From Octopus vulgaris (taxonomy: Eukaryota), in the NCBI GenBank assembly GCA_951406725.2, contig OX597832.1, positions 33,914,001-33,978,000 of the forward strand: a DNA stretch of 64,000 bases, given 5' to 3'. The translations under genes were made by a program, and so were the position numbers. This document shows positions 24,896 to 38,351 of this stretch, piece after piece. How positions within the stretch are numbered: position 1 is the stretch's first letter; each line of letters opens with the position of its first letter. The notes below the pieces were generated by a model. It did not search any database and was not told where the DNA came from. It worked only from the letters and a program-made list of their open reading frames with translations.

Positions 24896-26342
24896 TAGAT
24901 AGATAGATAGATAGATATATAGATAGATAGATAGATAGACATACATATACGAACACATAATTATATCTACGCACATACATACACATACATTTGCATACAG
25001 CTATAGAACCTGATCTGTTCGTTATGAACAAATGGGAAAAATCATCGAATATCGTTGAAATCCTTGTGTTCCTTGCTGCCTGCTTTGTACGATAAAGAAG
25101 AAAGCCATGGCATTCGCGCATTTCAAGATGGTTGTCATTAAGAGACCACATTAGTGCAATTGGAGGCCGCTCTGTTCACAATCACTGACTCCATCTTCGC
25201 TGCCCAAATCTAGCGAATCAAACATGCTAAGTGGTAAATGCTTGTAACCCCGAAATAATTCTGGAAGGTACTGAAAGATTTCCAGCTTTGCGATAGCTTT
25301 AGTCACCAACGAGAGAAGAGCTGGTTCTTCCTTCCATTCGTTACTGCAGTTTCTGCATCTGGCAAAACATCTGGGTATTAATTTCCCCTCAAAGGCAACA
25401 ACAGTTCGTTTAAGTTTTAACATTCTTTAATAAATATATTTCAAATAATTTATTATACCGTTATATTTGGATTGAAATAGTAGTATTCCTAAGTCTATTT
25501 GCCTGAGACGTTGATATTTTTGCCTATAGGAAGACTGCAGCTAACGGCAAGTGCGCCGACCACGTGTCATCGCACCAGGATATTTTAAAAGAGCGTAAAT
25601 GCAAAGTTTCGAAACTTCGGCCAAGTGGATTTACGAAATTTCATTCTCCCAACACGACAGAAAAAAACTGAAAAGGAAGTCTCGAAATTCTTAGCATGCC
25701 TGCGTGCTTGAGAAGCTCGCTTTGCAGCCACATACTTTTGGATTTAGTCCTTCTGCGTGGCATCTCTGGTGTGGTGGTCTCTTCAACTATAGCCCCGAGC
25801 TGACTAATATTTTGTGAATACATTTGGAAGACGGATCGTATGTGGAAACCTGTCCTACATATATATGAACTTGTGTGTGTTATTGTATGCGTTTGTCCAC
25901 TGCAATTCTTCCTAATCTATGTTAATTTCTTTAAATCCACGTAACTCAGCGGTTTGACATTAGTCATCGATAGAATATATACCACATTTTAAAATAATTT
26001 ATGGCTCAAATAATTACGACGATAAGATATACGAAAGATCATACTAGAACATTGCCGTACCTTTAATATACCATGTGTAATTAAAACAACTTCCACCTTA
26101 TTCTGTCAAATATCCATGTGAGTAAATAAAGTGTTCACCATTATGCTGTGTCGGTTTGGGTCCCTCTGTGTAAAAAACATTGAGCAAGCTTTTCTGCTAC
26201 AATCTCAGGATAAACAAATGATTTGCGACGTTGATTAGACAGCCGGACGCTGAGCCCTTTGAGACGTTCTAACAGCATGGCCGGTCACCGCGCCTGACTC
26301 ATACGAGGAAAAGAGTAAAAAGTATATGCAGGTGTGTATGTG

Positions 26343-26378
<36 letters not shown>

Positions 26379-27019
26379 TGTGTGTGTGTTTGTGTGTGTG
26401 TGCGTGCGTTTGTGCGTGGGTGAGTGTGTGTACATGACTGTACGTGCGTTTCTATATTGTATTTGTGTGTCTGAGTGCAGAAAATTATAGTACAAAAAAT
26501 TAGAGAAGACAAAGAGAAAAATACTTTAAAATTGAAAGTTTAGAGGAGAGAAGGTGAAAGAGGAAACGTGTGTGTGTGTGTGCTGTTGTATATCTTGTAT
26601 GTTTTGTCTTTGTGTGAAAGTGGAATGTTAACAAAAACAGAAAAAGTGAAACCATAGAGACAAATATTGTAAAATATAGAGATGAGAGAGAGAGAGAGAC
26701 TGAGCAGAGAGAGGGTGAAAGGGTTAATGGGCAAGTATTTATATGTGTGTGCGCGTGTGTATGCGTGTGCATATGTGTGTGTGCACGCGCGTATACGTGT
26801 GTGTGTGTGTGTGTGCGCACGCGTGAGCTGTCAGATTTCTTTTCCTTATCGGATTAAGTCACAGACATTTTGATAAATTACATGTCTCACTTAAATTGCC
26901 GTCTCCAGCTTTTTGGAATATGTGGGCCCCGGTGGGGTGAGGCTGCTGGTACGAGTGGGGTAGTTTGTCTGAGAGAGACTGGTTCGCAGAGATGTTAAAC
27001 ATTGAAACAACCCCAGGCA

Positions 27020-27400
27020 CAGGTGTGGTTGTGTGGTTAAGAAACGCGCTTCGCAACTATGTGGTTTCGGATTCAGTTCCATTGCGCGACCAGCCAATTT
27101 TTTGTGAGTGAATTTGATGACGGAAACTGTGTGGAAGCACATCATAAATATTTATGTGTGTGTGTGTGTGCATGGGTGCATGTGGGTGTGTTTGTATGTC
27201 TGTGTTTATCATCCCCTCCCCCCGTTTGACAATGGTCTTGGTTACTTTATGACCCCCGTAATTTAGCCGTTTGACAAAAAGGAGTAACAGGATGAGTGGC
27301 GGACTTTTAACAACAGAAGCATTGGAATTGAATTTTTTGGCTAAATTCTTCAAGGTGGTGCCCGAGCAGTCCAATGACCGTAGTTCAGCAACTGGATCAT
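27020..27400 (+). mobile_element. tRNA-derived SINE (family C)
   Basis: ggtgtggttgtgtggttaagaa (A box)...ttcggattcagttcc (B-box-like)...gtgagtgaatttgatgacggaaactg, then (TG)n, then cccccgtaatttagccgtttgacaaaa. Confidence 0.75.
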
Positions 27401-28783
27401 CTAAAACATTGTATAGATGTCTACAAAAAGGGCACAGAGATATAGTGGGGAGAAGTACAGACATTAAGCTTCTTTCTATTAAATGGCACACGCAACGAAT
27501 TATTTCCATGTAATTTTATGTTAAATGATACACATCCGAGGTATGTCAGTGTTGTGTGGACGCCTCCAGACGATGAAGTAGGCTAGCCCAATGCGTAGAT
27601 ATAGAGGGAGAAGCCTAGACGTCGACAAAGAGTAGTAGAGAAGAATTTTAGAGAACATATAACGGTTCAAATAATTGTAATGGCAGACGATAATTAAGTG
27701 TTATGTAAATACACGATAAAAACAGACAGTTTAAAAAGATTAATGGTAATGCATATGATGAGGGGCGCATGCAGCCATTCATAATTGTATAATCATCTCA
27801 TCATATTCGTTCTATGTATTGTCTCCTCTGTGGCATCCTGTCTGTCCTTGTTTGTCCCACTCTATTATGGGCCCTTGTGGCTAATAAAAAATCAGAGAGT
27901 AGGAGAGCAGACGTAGAGTTGAATAGTAGAGGCATCCAAACGTGCGACATAACACTCCCAAGTATAAAGAGCAGAGAAAAATGGTTGGACGAACAGACGG
28001 ACGGACGTAGAGATAGATAGATGGATGGACGGATGGAGAAGCTTTGAAAAATAAATGAAATGTACCCAGGAGATATTCTTTTGAATCAAATATACCAACC
28101 TGTAGCTCATTATCCTGTTGGAAGAGAATAATGAAAGACATACTTCAAGCTTTCGTGATGGTCTGAACAGGTGTAAAATTAAGCTTAATGAAGCTGTTGA
28201 CCTTGCTATGAAAGAGGAGAAATGAACAAAAGAAAAGAAGTCTGATCAAAATCATTAAATACTTTTTCTTTCACCCATCCAGCATCTGGAACTCAAAGAG
28301 ACCCCAATTAAAATAGGAAATTAATCTCAGGGTCAATATATCTTCTCCATTTCTTTCTTGAAAGCCAGCTTTCTCATCAGAGGCTCTTCCATCCTTTCAA
28401 ATGCTTTGAATGTTTTTTTGTTTTTTTTCTGAGTCACTCACACCCAGTTTCTCAGTAAAATGGTTGACGTATCCGGTTTAACCATTTACCAAACGACTAT
28501 GATGTAAACTGTGCTGTGAGATATCTTTGACAGGTTAAAGCCAAACCTTGACTTAAACGTTGTTGAGTATTCGTTATACAAACAGAATGCGATGACATGG
28601 TTGACATAACTGATTGTCTGAAAGGTTTGTCCTCTGGTCACGGTCACGTAAGAGATTGTAATGTTTTGATTGATATCTTGAACGTATATTCCCTTTTACA
28701 AACTCCATATTTGTATTCATTTCATCCACTCTCTGTTTCTCTTCCCCACTTTTCTCCCTACCACCTGATCTCTGTACATATTT

Positions 28784-29075
<292 letters not shown>

Positions 29076-29786
29076 TGTACATGCGTCCATATCTATGTTT
29101 TTTTCTATGTATGTGTGCATGAGAGCTTTGAAAGACGATTTTGGTGCGCTGATGGATGAGTTCTGACACTCGTGTTGCTAACCAAACCTCTCTGTTTACT
29201 TCTTCGGTTCCACTCAATACCGAAGGCAGATATTGGCAGTTTGTCTAAAATCTAGCCCTATACCACAACTACTACAGCTGAACCGAAATACAAAATTAGA
29301 TATCAATGACTTATCAAATATCAATCATCTTTCAATACATCATCGATATGTCTAAAACAAGCATTGGACGAAGATATTTGCAAGAAATGAAACGATCACG
29401 TGAAGACGATGGTTCATTGAGAGTCTTTAGAAGCGTAAGGGGAGATTGTCTGATGGTCTTTCTATACGTATGCGTGCGTGTTTGTGTGTGTGTGCGCACA
29501 TGTGTGTGAGAGAGTATGTGAGTTTGACTCTGTGTGTGTCTATGTGTATATATATATATATATATATACACATATATGTGTGTGTGTGTGTGTATTATAT
29601 ATATATATATGTATACTTAGATATCCACAGAAGTACGTGTGTGTGTGTTTGAACGTCTGATTGTATATATGCATGCGTGTCTGTGTGTTGGATCTTAGGG
29701 TGTATATATCTGTGTTTACCTTATTTTCATATTTTTCCGTGGGAATGGAGATGAAGTAACAGTATACTACTACTACTACTACTACA

Positions 29787-29842
<56 letters not shown>

Positions 29843-29950
29843 CACCACAACTACCACCATCACCACTACAGCTGTGTCTGCTGCTGCTGGTTCGACACTA
29901 CCGATTATTTCCATCCAAAATTCTTCCAAAGTCCTTTTCCGCCGAGTGTC

Positions 29951-30012
<62 letters not shown>

Positions 30013-30017
30013 CACAG

Positions 30018-30862
30018 TACAGGTTGCGATGAATATTTTGGCGTCTAAATTACGCAAAAATGAAAATAACACTGACGTCTCGTTTCCACAGTTATATTTA
30101 ACAAAATTTCATAAGAAATATATTGAAATGCTAAAGAGTAAATTTATTCAATAAAATCGCCATTGGCCTCAACCACAGCGTCGAAACGAGTTCGGGATCC
30201 CTGCAACACCTCTGGACGGTCTCTTTGTTTGAGTTGGTGAATGCTGCCATAATCCTTGCCTTTAGTTCATCTTTGGTGTTACAAGGAATTTTGTTGGTCT
30301 TTCACTCAACTGTGTCCTACATATAATAATCAAGAGGCTTGCAGTCTGGGGAGTTAGGTGGCAAGATTTTAGGGATAATACGGTCGCAAAAATTGTCAGA
30401 CAGCCATGAATGGGTTCTCCTGCTTGTGTGGTACGATGCAGAGTCCTGTTGCCAGGCACAGGGTCTTCCAGAAGCCACCCTCTTGACCCACGGTAGCACT
30501 ATCTCCTCCAGGCATTTGATGTAGGCCTCCGTGTTGAGTGTGAAGCCGTGCGAGAATATGAATGGAGGTATAATGTCACCATCACTAGTGATCACTCCAA
30601 ACACCATGATGTTCACTGGATGTTTCATTTTTATCTCTCTCGGTACCTGTTTGTAGTGGAGCTTCCAACGTGAATGCCAAGCAGTACAGCATGTCGTTTC
30701 CAAATTTCTGCCAGTGTGAATTGCGTCATGGTGTTGTTTTTCTCACAGACGGTGCCCAACTGACCCTACTAAACTGTGTAGTCGACGAAATAAAAAACAA
30801 AAAATGCGCATGCGCGTAATTGAAAGTATAAAATAGCGACATTTTGCTCATCACATTCTGAC
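30018..30862 (-). mobile_element. Internally deleted Tc1/mariner transposon of the DD37D (maT) type
   Basis: ORF 30317-30703 reads KHPVNIMVFGVITSDG...AYIKCLEEIVLPW...WQQDSASYH...PPNSPDCKPLDYY. I count 37 residues between the QQD and PLD aspartates. Weak TIR similarity: caggttgcgatgaa versus ctcatcacattctg. Confidence 0.88.
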
Positions 30863-30865
30863 GTG

Positions 30866-31279
30866 TACTGTCTAATTACTAATGCAATATATAAATGCGA
30901 TGTTAAGGATGAGGAAAATTTAAATAAGTTTTTTGTAGGTGGTGCAGTAAATTTTAGGGCTAGATAGAGGGCCCACATGAACTTGTTCGGAAACAAAAAT
31001 TACTGTAACTCTATTACACTCGCATCTTATTTACACGATCAAAACAAGAATAATAAGAGTTATTCTCTTGAATGGTCCGTTATTTCGAGAGTCCCTTGCT
31101 TCAGAGTAAATATTAATAAGTGTAAGTTGTGTGTAAAGGAATCGCTTGCAATCCTTAAATCTTTTGGGCCAAAAACTTTAAATATATTTACTGAGTTGAC
31201 CCCTTTTTGCAGGCATAGGTTTTCGTCCACCTGTTTGAACGTATATAGAAATAAAAAGAAATGTAATAACATTGTTTAG
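30866..31279 (+). mobile_element. Penelope-like element GIY-YIG endonuclease C-terminal fragment
   Basis: YCLITNAIYKCDV...FFVGGAVNFRAR*RAH, continuing in frame into ORF 30977: SITLASYL...YSLEWSVI...CKLCVKESLAIL...LN..EL..FCRH. This is a typical PLE GIY-YIG tail. Confidence 0.85.
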
Positions 31280-32211
31280 CGTTACGGGAATTTGAAACCG
31301 GCGACGTTAAATTTCTGTGATTTACAGCCATCTGCGTGTTTAGCAATAATAGCCTCTTCCTTTTCTTTCTGTAGAAAATTCGGACTGGTCCGCTGATAGG
31401 TTCTTTTTAAATTATATAAGCTTCTCAATAACAAGCATAAGACTTTCATAATTTTTTTCCATTTGCGGATGTTTCATGTTTATCCTTGTGAACTGCGGTC
31501 CCGAAATGGCCATGGATATATGTGAATGTTGAATTTGACCGGTGATATCTGTTTTTATTATGAACTTTGAAAGTACTCGTGTGAAGGGAGTAAAAGACTT
31601 TCTCTAAGATATATGTGGATTTTACCTGATCACTTATGAACTTTGGACATACTTCCGTGAGGTAAGTAAAAGACTTTTTCAAATATTTCTTTGCAAAAAT
31701 ATTTTCAAATATTTCTTTATAAAAAAAAAATTAATATTTTCTTAAAATATTTTAATCGTCTGATAAAAACCTTTTTCGTCGCTGGACACTTATTATATTT
31801 TTATGTTTATTTATATTTATTTCATATTTGTCCATTAGGCTTTGTGGTAGTTTTGAATTTTTAGTCGTTAAATGTAATTTTGATACGCCGTTCTATTTGT
31901 TTTTTATTAGAATATATATATTAGAATATATATTTTTACCTTCTGTGATTTTATGTAAATGTTTTTTTTTATGTGTTTGTAGATCATGGTGTCCTTTTTT
32001 ATATATTATTAAATGTTTGAGGGGTGGTGTTGTATGTAAAGTCGTTGACCCAAATTTAAACTTTCCTCTATAACCGATGCTTCTTTATCTTCGTTTCATT
32101 TATATTTGAGAACTTCTTTTACAGTCTTGAAACTCTTTTCTTTCTATAATAAGAGACAAATATTATTTCTTGTGCGTATATATATATACATATATATATA
32201 ACTTAGATTAT

Positions 32212-32555
32212 GGTACTACTAGCGAACAGTGGTCTCGGTGCGCGCACTCGCGCATCCGCGCTAGCTAGTCGTAAGCAATCGACTTTTTAACCCTAACCCT
32301 AATTTTTTAACCCTAAACCTAACCCTAACCTTAGTTTGTTTATAAAAATAATTTATTTACTTAGTTTAAAAAATTATTTATTTTGGGTTTTATTTACTTT
32401 GTTCGAAAAATATTATTAAATTTTCTTTGATATGTATTCAGCCTTGAAATACAAACATATGAGCAAGTCGTTGTTGGATCGACTACTTACGACTAGCTTG
32501 CACGGATGTGCGAGTGCGAGTGCGCGCACCGGGACCACTGTTCGTTAGTAGTACC
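32212..32555. mobile_element. MITE-like element with ~70-bp subterminal inverted repeats and internal (CCCTAA)n
   Basis: ggtactactagcgaacagtggtctcggtgcgcgcactcgc ... gcgagtgcgcgcaccgggaccactgttcgttagtagtacc, with internal taaccctaaccctaa runs at 32288-32331. Confidence 0.85.
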
Positions 32556-34135
32556 TAACTTAGATTGGTTTCGGTCATTATCGGCCCAGGCCATAACTAA
32601 CTCAGTAGCACCACATGGAAAGGTCTTTTAGTTAATTATTTCGAGACATCTTGGACCACTCAGGCGGAGAGTATCCAGGTGGTTTATCCGGTATTTCCTG
32701 GAGGAGTTTGTCTAGGTATCCTGTTGAAACTTGGATCTTTTTCTAATTTCTTTCGAGATTACATTGAGAAGAGCAGGACCATTAATAGTGAAGAAATGTT
32801 ATTACAATGTTCTTATATGATGTGATCTCGACCTTTGTAGGGAACGCATTGCTAGGGAGCCTAGTATTGGGTGTATTGTAAACATAATACCTCTATCATT
32901 TGGGTAATATTGGTGGAATATTTTCCACATGGCGCAAATAATGTGTCGCTCGCGGCGGCGGCGTTGCTGAGAATAGTTTCAGCTGTTTAAGTCCCATCAT
33001 GCCATTTTTTTCGTGATTGATGTTTGTGGCGCTTCGATCCACATCTTTTTTTGTGTAGGGGGACCACAATAGGCAGCGGTATTCGAGGTGGGGCCTAGTG
33101 AATTGGGAGAAGAGAAGGATGATGGTTTCATGATCCCTAGATAGCAAACTTCTGAGAATCCATGAGCATATTCTGTGGAGAACATCGACTATTTTGTTGT
33201 TAAGGTTGCTGTCGACAGTTACACCTAAGTCCCTGATATTAACCGACGGCTGAAGCTGGTCTCCCGACAGTAGTCTATATGGTTGTTTGAGTGTGCCCTC
33301 TTTTCCAAAGTGGATGAGCTCAATTTTTTCTTCGTTCAACTGCATTTTTTTTTTTTGTGTGTCCACTGGGTTAGTGCTCATAGGTCCGATTGAAGCTTTG
33401 TTCGGTCATATGCTCCCTTAATGACTTTCTGGAGCTTAGAGTCATCTGCAATTATTTTAATGGTGCTATGTTCAATGGAATCTGCAATGTCATTGATATA
33501 GACAATAAAAAGAAGTGGACCCAGCACAGTAGTCTGCGGGACTCCTCTGACGATTTTTCTGGTCTTGAGTAGATGCCATCAACCACAACATCCTGGGTCC
33601 TGTATGTTAGGAGACACCTAATCCATTGAATTAGCTTTCTACCGACTCCAGCGTTGGGTAGTTTCTTTAACAGTATATTGTGGTCGACTCTATCAAATGC
33701 CTTACTGAAATCAAGGTATATGACATCTGCGTTGGAACCCTCACTTTATGATGTCATCAAAGTGGTGGAAGAGTCGTATTAGACGGCCCCTTCCACCATG
33801 AAAGCCATGCTGGCTGCAATTTAGGAGAGGATTTTGTTCTAGGAAGGCTGTTATTCTTGATCTCAACACTCTCTCAAATACTTTGATGATATGTGAGGTG
33901 AGTGAGATTGAACGGTAGTTTACAGGGAGCGATTTATTCCCCTTTTTAAAGATGGGAACGACTGACTGAGGGAGAAGGTTTTGAAGGACATGACCGTCAT
34001 CCAGTGATTTCCTCCAGAGGTTTGCAAGTAGAGCTGCAAGTTTCTGTTTGCATTCCTTCAGTACTCTAGCAGGGAACCTGCCCGGATCCATTGCTGAATC
34101 AAGTTTGATTTCTTTCATTGCTTCTAGAATATCAG
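32556..34135 (-). mobile_element. CR1-like LINE, 5'-truncated, RT plus 3' end
   Basis: SAMDPGRFPARVLKEC...VVPIFKKG..NYRSISLTSHIIKVFE...QHGF, DVIYLDFSKAFDRVDH, GVPQTTVLGPLLF, MQLNEEK...IRDLGV...RPHLEY..LLWSPY, and 3' UTR ggtgctactgagttagttatggcctgggccg with tail atctaagtt. Confidence 0.95.
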
Positions 34136-35230
34136 TGGCGTCGAAGGTCGAATTTGACTGGCGACTGTTGGTGCTGCCACCTACAGTTGCTTTCAGAGTA
34201 AGAGAGAGATAGAATTTATTAAGAAATAAAAGGAAGGTTTAAGATGAGAGAACCGCCTAGGGTTTATAATGTATGTTGCTTTTGAGAGATCTTTTTCTCT
34301 TTAGTGAGAGAACATACGAAATATTTCTATATAATATAATTTTTCCCTCATTTTCAGTGTCATAATTGCTGTTGTTAACTTTATTTTGCCCTTCTTCTGA
34401 GCTCAATACATCATAACTTAGTTGGTTTCTGTTGGTTTAAAACACTTTACAAATTCAATACGGTCGATTTGTTTTCATTTTCTGTATTTCGTGTTACTCT
34501 CTTAGCAGAATATCCATGCATATATATACGAGGGACTCTTCCGTCGAAGAGAGAGGTGTGAGCGCTCTGCTTTTGCAGAACGACATGCACAAATGATTTG
34601 CTGATAGTGGTCGTACAACACATTAGTTCACTCTCTCCATCAAATCGAAGGTGGCTCAATAGGTGCCACGGTGTGCCACGCGTCAAGTGTCGAAGTGATC
34701 GCAGAGCAACGCAAGATGAAGTGTTTTTCACAACAAACTAGCGCACCACCCAGCCTCGGAATTGAAATCCCGATCGCTAGATATTGAGTGCAACACCCTA
34801 ACCAACTAGGCACTATGTGTTTCACACACACACACATATATATAAATATATATGTGTGTGTGTGTATGTATGTATATATACATACACACACTCACACATG
34901 AGATGGGTCACACCATCCTCTCTGGTTTGAGCAGCTGTATTGTAGGCTTTCGACTCCTTCCGATGATTCTCTATCAACCAGCTTTATGACTTTGCATGAC
35001 TTCGTTTCTTTCACCCTTCCGCATTTTGCATCCACCTCCTAGTTTTTCTCGTGATTTGTCTTCTATCGTCCTGATTTGATACTTCTATAAGCCATGTAAA
35101 ATTGATTGGAGATACAAGTCGTGCTATTAAAAGCTACCTAGAAAATATCTTCAATGTATGAAACTACAGTAGCAGGTCATAAATATAATATGTGTATATT
35201 AAACAATATACACACATATATATATATATA

Positions 35231-35550
35231 GTGGCACTCCGTCGGTTACGACGACGATGGTTCCAGGTGATCCGATGAGCGGAGCAGCCTGCTCGTGAAA
35301 TTAGCGTGCAAGAGGTTGAGCACTTCACAGACACGTGTACCCTTAACGTAGTTCTCGGGGAGATACAGCGTGACACAGAGTGTGACAAGGCTGGCCCTTT
35401 GAAATACAGGTACAACAGAAACAGGAAGAAAGAGTGAGAGAAAGTTAAGGAGCCTCGTCGAGATTTAGGTGTCTTCGCTCAATAAATACTCACAACCGCG
35501 ATCCTATGACTGCAAGGCCGCTGCCCAAACCACTGGGCCAATCCACCACC
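35231..35550 (-). mobile_element. tRNA-derived SINE with family B head and RTE-like 3' tail
   Basis: The reverse strand starts tggcccagtggtttgggcagcg (A box) and shares tttattgagcgaa..cacctaa..ctttctctcactctttcttc with the 16064 copy. It then has a different body ending ccatcgtcgtcgtaaccgacggagtgccac. Confidence 0.8.
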
Positions 35551-35618
35551 ACACATATACACACACACACATATATATATATATATGTACAAACATATAT
35601 ATATATATGTGTGTGTGT

Positions 35619-35811
35619 GGAGGCGCAATGGCCTAGTGGTTAGGGCAGCGGACTCGCGGTCGCAGGATCGTGGTTTCGATTCCCAGACCGGGCGTTGTGA
35701 GTGTTTATTGAACGAAAACACCTAAAAGCTCCACGAGGCTCCACGAGGCGAACGCATTGTGACCACCGATGTATAACATCTGATGGTCTGGTCGGTCACG
35801 TGATCACGTGA
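35619..35811 (+). mobile_element. tRNA-derived SINE (family B), internally deleted
   Basis: ggaggcgcaatggcctagtggttagggcagcggactcgcgg...ggtttcgattcccagaccggg...gctccacgaggctcc, then a jump to cgcattgtgacc...ggtcacgtgatcacgtga. Confidence 0.88.
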
Positions 35812-35862
35812 TATATATATATATATATATACAAACATATATATATATATATGCACACACAC

Positions 35863-35903
<41 letters not shown>

Positions 35904-38274
35904 AACATATATATATTTATATATATATATATACACACAAACATATATATATATATACACAAGCATATATATATACACACACGAACATATATATATATAT
36001 ATACATACACACACAAACATATATATGTACACACACAAACATATATATATATACACACACGCACAAACATATATATATACACACATACATATATATATAC
36101 ACACGCACACATACATATATACATGCATACATACACTCATTCGTATATCATACACAAGTAGACATATGTGATTTTATATCCTAAATAATAAGACATTGAG
36201 ATAAGTGTTTTTATGAAGTGGATGTCATGGAAATAGCGAAGCACGTCTGATGTTGTAAGGGTTTGGTTCTAATGGAAAATTTGACTTCAACTTAACTGAA
36301 GTGTTTCTTTGAAAACACTATTGTTTTGTTCTTGATCAGGAGAGAAGGCAGCTCTAGCAGTAGTCGTTGCAGCAGTAGAGTTAATAGTAGTGACAGCGGC
36401 AGCGGTGACGCCGAATTGTCAGCTTCTTATTAACCTTCTTATACGTTGTGACATATGGGCGGATTACAATCACACGGATGTCACAAATGAAACAATTTAT
36501 ATGGAAGTGGGCAAAATGGCGTCTAATGAATAGAGAAACGCTGGTTTTTATTGTTGAATGTGTTGTTGTTTTCGTTGATGCTTTGACCCGGGTCGTTCTT
36601 GAAAAAAAAACATGCATTCTTGTGTTTAAACATTGTGCTGTGATGATTCCACAATTTTAGGACATTGCGTATCTTGGATTACAGCTTGCAATGTGTCGTT
36701 TGTTTTAAATATATTGGCTTGAAATGTCGACGAAACAACACAAAATTGTTCTATGATTATAAATTGCTTGTTTATATTATTCGTAAGAAGACGTTGTATT
36801 CTATTTCTAGTTCAGATTGAATTAGATATAAACCATTCCTGATGAGCTTCACATAAGAATGGAAACAAGTCGGAGCCATCTTCCTTTCTACTAACCAAAA
36901 CCTCTCTTCGTCTGCGGCGTCTATTTTACAAAACTTTGCTACATATTTACCGGTGATTTCCCATGCATTCTCCATATTTTTAGATCTTATCTTTTATTCG
37001 CTTTATCCTGGTAGTGATTTATTGCCTTTTCTGCCGAATCGCTAGCTTACAAGAAACAGGGACATAAATAAACCAACGCTCAGAATTACATAAACACTCA
37101 CGCACACAAATAGTGAAGGTGCATATTCTATGTGTCAGGTTGTAAACTCACGATCACTAGATTGTAGGGTCAATTCTCAGACCGGAAATGAGTGTATATG
37201 TGAGTGTGTGTGTACGTATGTGTGAGTGTATGTATACACATTCATATGTGTTTGTGTGCGTATGTATATATGTATTTTTTCTGCCTGAAGAAATACGACT
37301 GTTTAATAATTAGCATTGTAATTCTACATTCAATAAAAATCTATGGGTGACCACAAATTTAATGCTGTGTGCCCCATTAGGATAATAAAAAATGTAAATA
37401 TATGTATGGGGTGAGAAAAATAAGTCAATGATATAACTGTAGTTATTTTTGTTAAATATGGGAGATAATATGGAGATATGTCTGCCTGTTTGGCTGCACC
37501 AGAGAAGTATAACATTCTCGGAGCTCTGCAAACATAATACAACTTGCTCTGAGCCACCACTCGCAGGTGGATATCACTGGGGTAGATGCAAGGTGCTTTC
37601 GCAAATTGTTTTGGGTGCCTTTGTGTTCATATGGATCCTTCTTGGCCCATTCATTCTTGTCCCAGCGAAACTTCCAATAAGAAACAATTGAGAAAAACAG
37701 ACGAAACTTCTCTCCGGCTGGTAAGCATGATCAACAGCTGGGTAGAGTGGGGCAATATAAAATGAAATGTTGCCCTTGTTCCAACCTAAAACGCTTCGCA
37801 CAGTCTTGGAACTGAATCAAAATAAAACAGCGATGAACCAAACGCTTTAACCACCAGGCCACGCGCTTTACATCGAAATATTAATGATGAATGAATCTGT
37901 CAGTAATTGTAGAGCAGTATACATTGGCTGGCATGGAAACATATTTGTTTGCGAAGGAAAATACATAAAAGATTACTAACTCAACGAGTGAAAGACTGCG
38001 ACATTTCTTATAAATAGACGTGGTATTAAATTCTTCATAAATTAGGAATTTATACGCAAGCATAAAAATGAAAAAGAGAGACAAAATAATCTTTGTTGAT
38101 GAGTTGTATTATGTAGGTCATATACAACATCCATATATCACCAGATTGGAATAATTCGAAAGACGAATAGCAATATGTTCATCTCTCTCTACGTAAGAAT
38201 TATAAATGAAAAGGAATTGGTGAGTGTGTGCCTTAACATGTCACTTAGCAGAGCAGAAAAAAAATTTGGAATAT

Positions 38275-38351
38275 TCCTGGGGGCAGAGAAACATGATTTT
38301 TCATGTCTGTCTGTCCTGGGGGCAGAGAAACATGATTTTTCATGTCTGTCT
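38275..38351. repeat. 39-bp direct tandem duplication
   Basis: tcctgggggcagagaaacatgatttttcatgtctgtct(g) x2. Confidence 0.95.

Noticed and set aside
25030-25423. Complex-sequence ORF 25151-25423(-) as a host exon or a MULE/CR1 remnant
   Set aside because: Only vague motif resemblance (VSDCEQ, NEWKEEP) and no clear splice structure or family assignment. It needs tBLASTn or HMM searches.
32288-32331. (CCCTAA)n as a telomere or fusion relic
   Set aside because: The run is short, interrupted and internal to an inverted-repeat element.
35619-35695. tRNA-like sequence with A and B boxes
   Set aside because: It continues into a SINE body shared with other copies and lacks a proper acceptor stem and terminator, so it is a SINE head rather than a tRNA gene.
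36490-36530. AAAATGGCG YY1-like motif suggesting a promoter
   Set aside because: A single short motif with no CpG island or downstream gene evidence.
37449-37691. 80-aa ORF with a hydrophobic C-terminus as a small membrane protein
   Set aside because: No recognisable family or supporting gene structure, and it abuts a SINE fragment.
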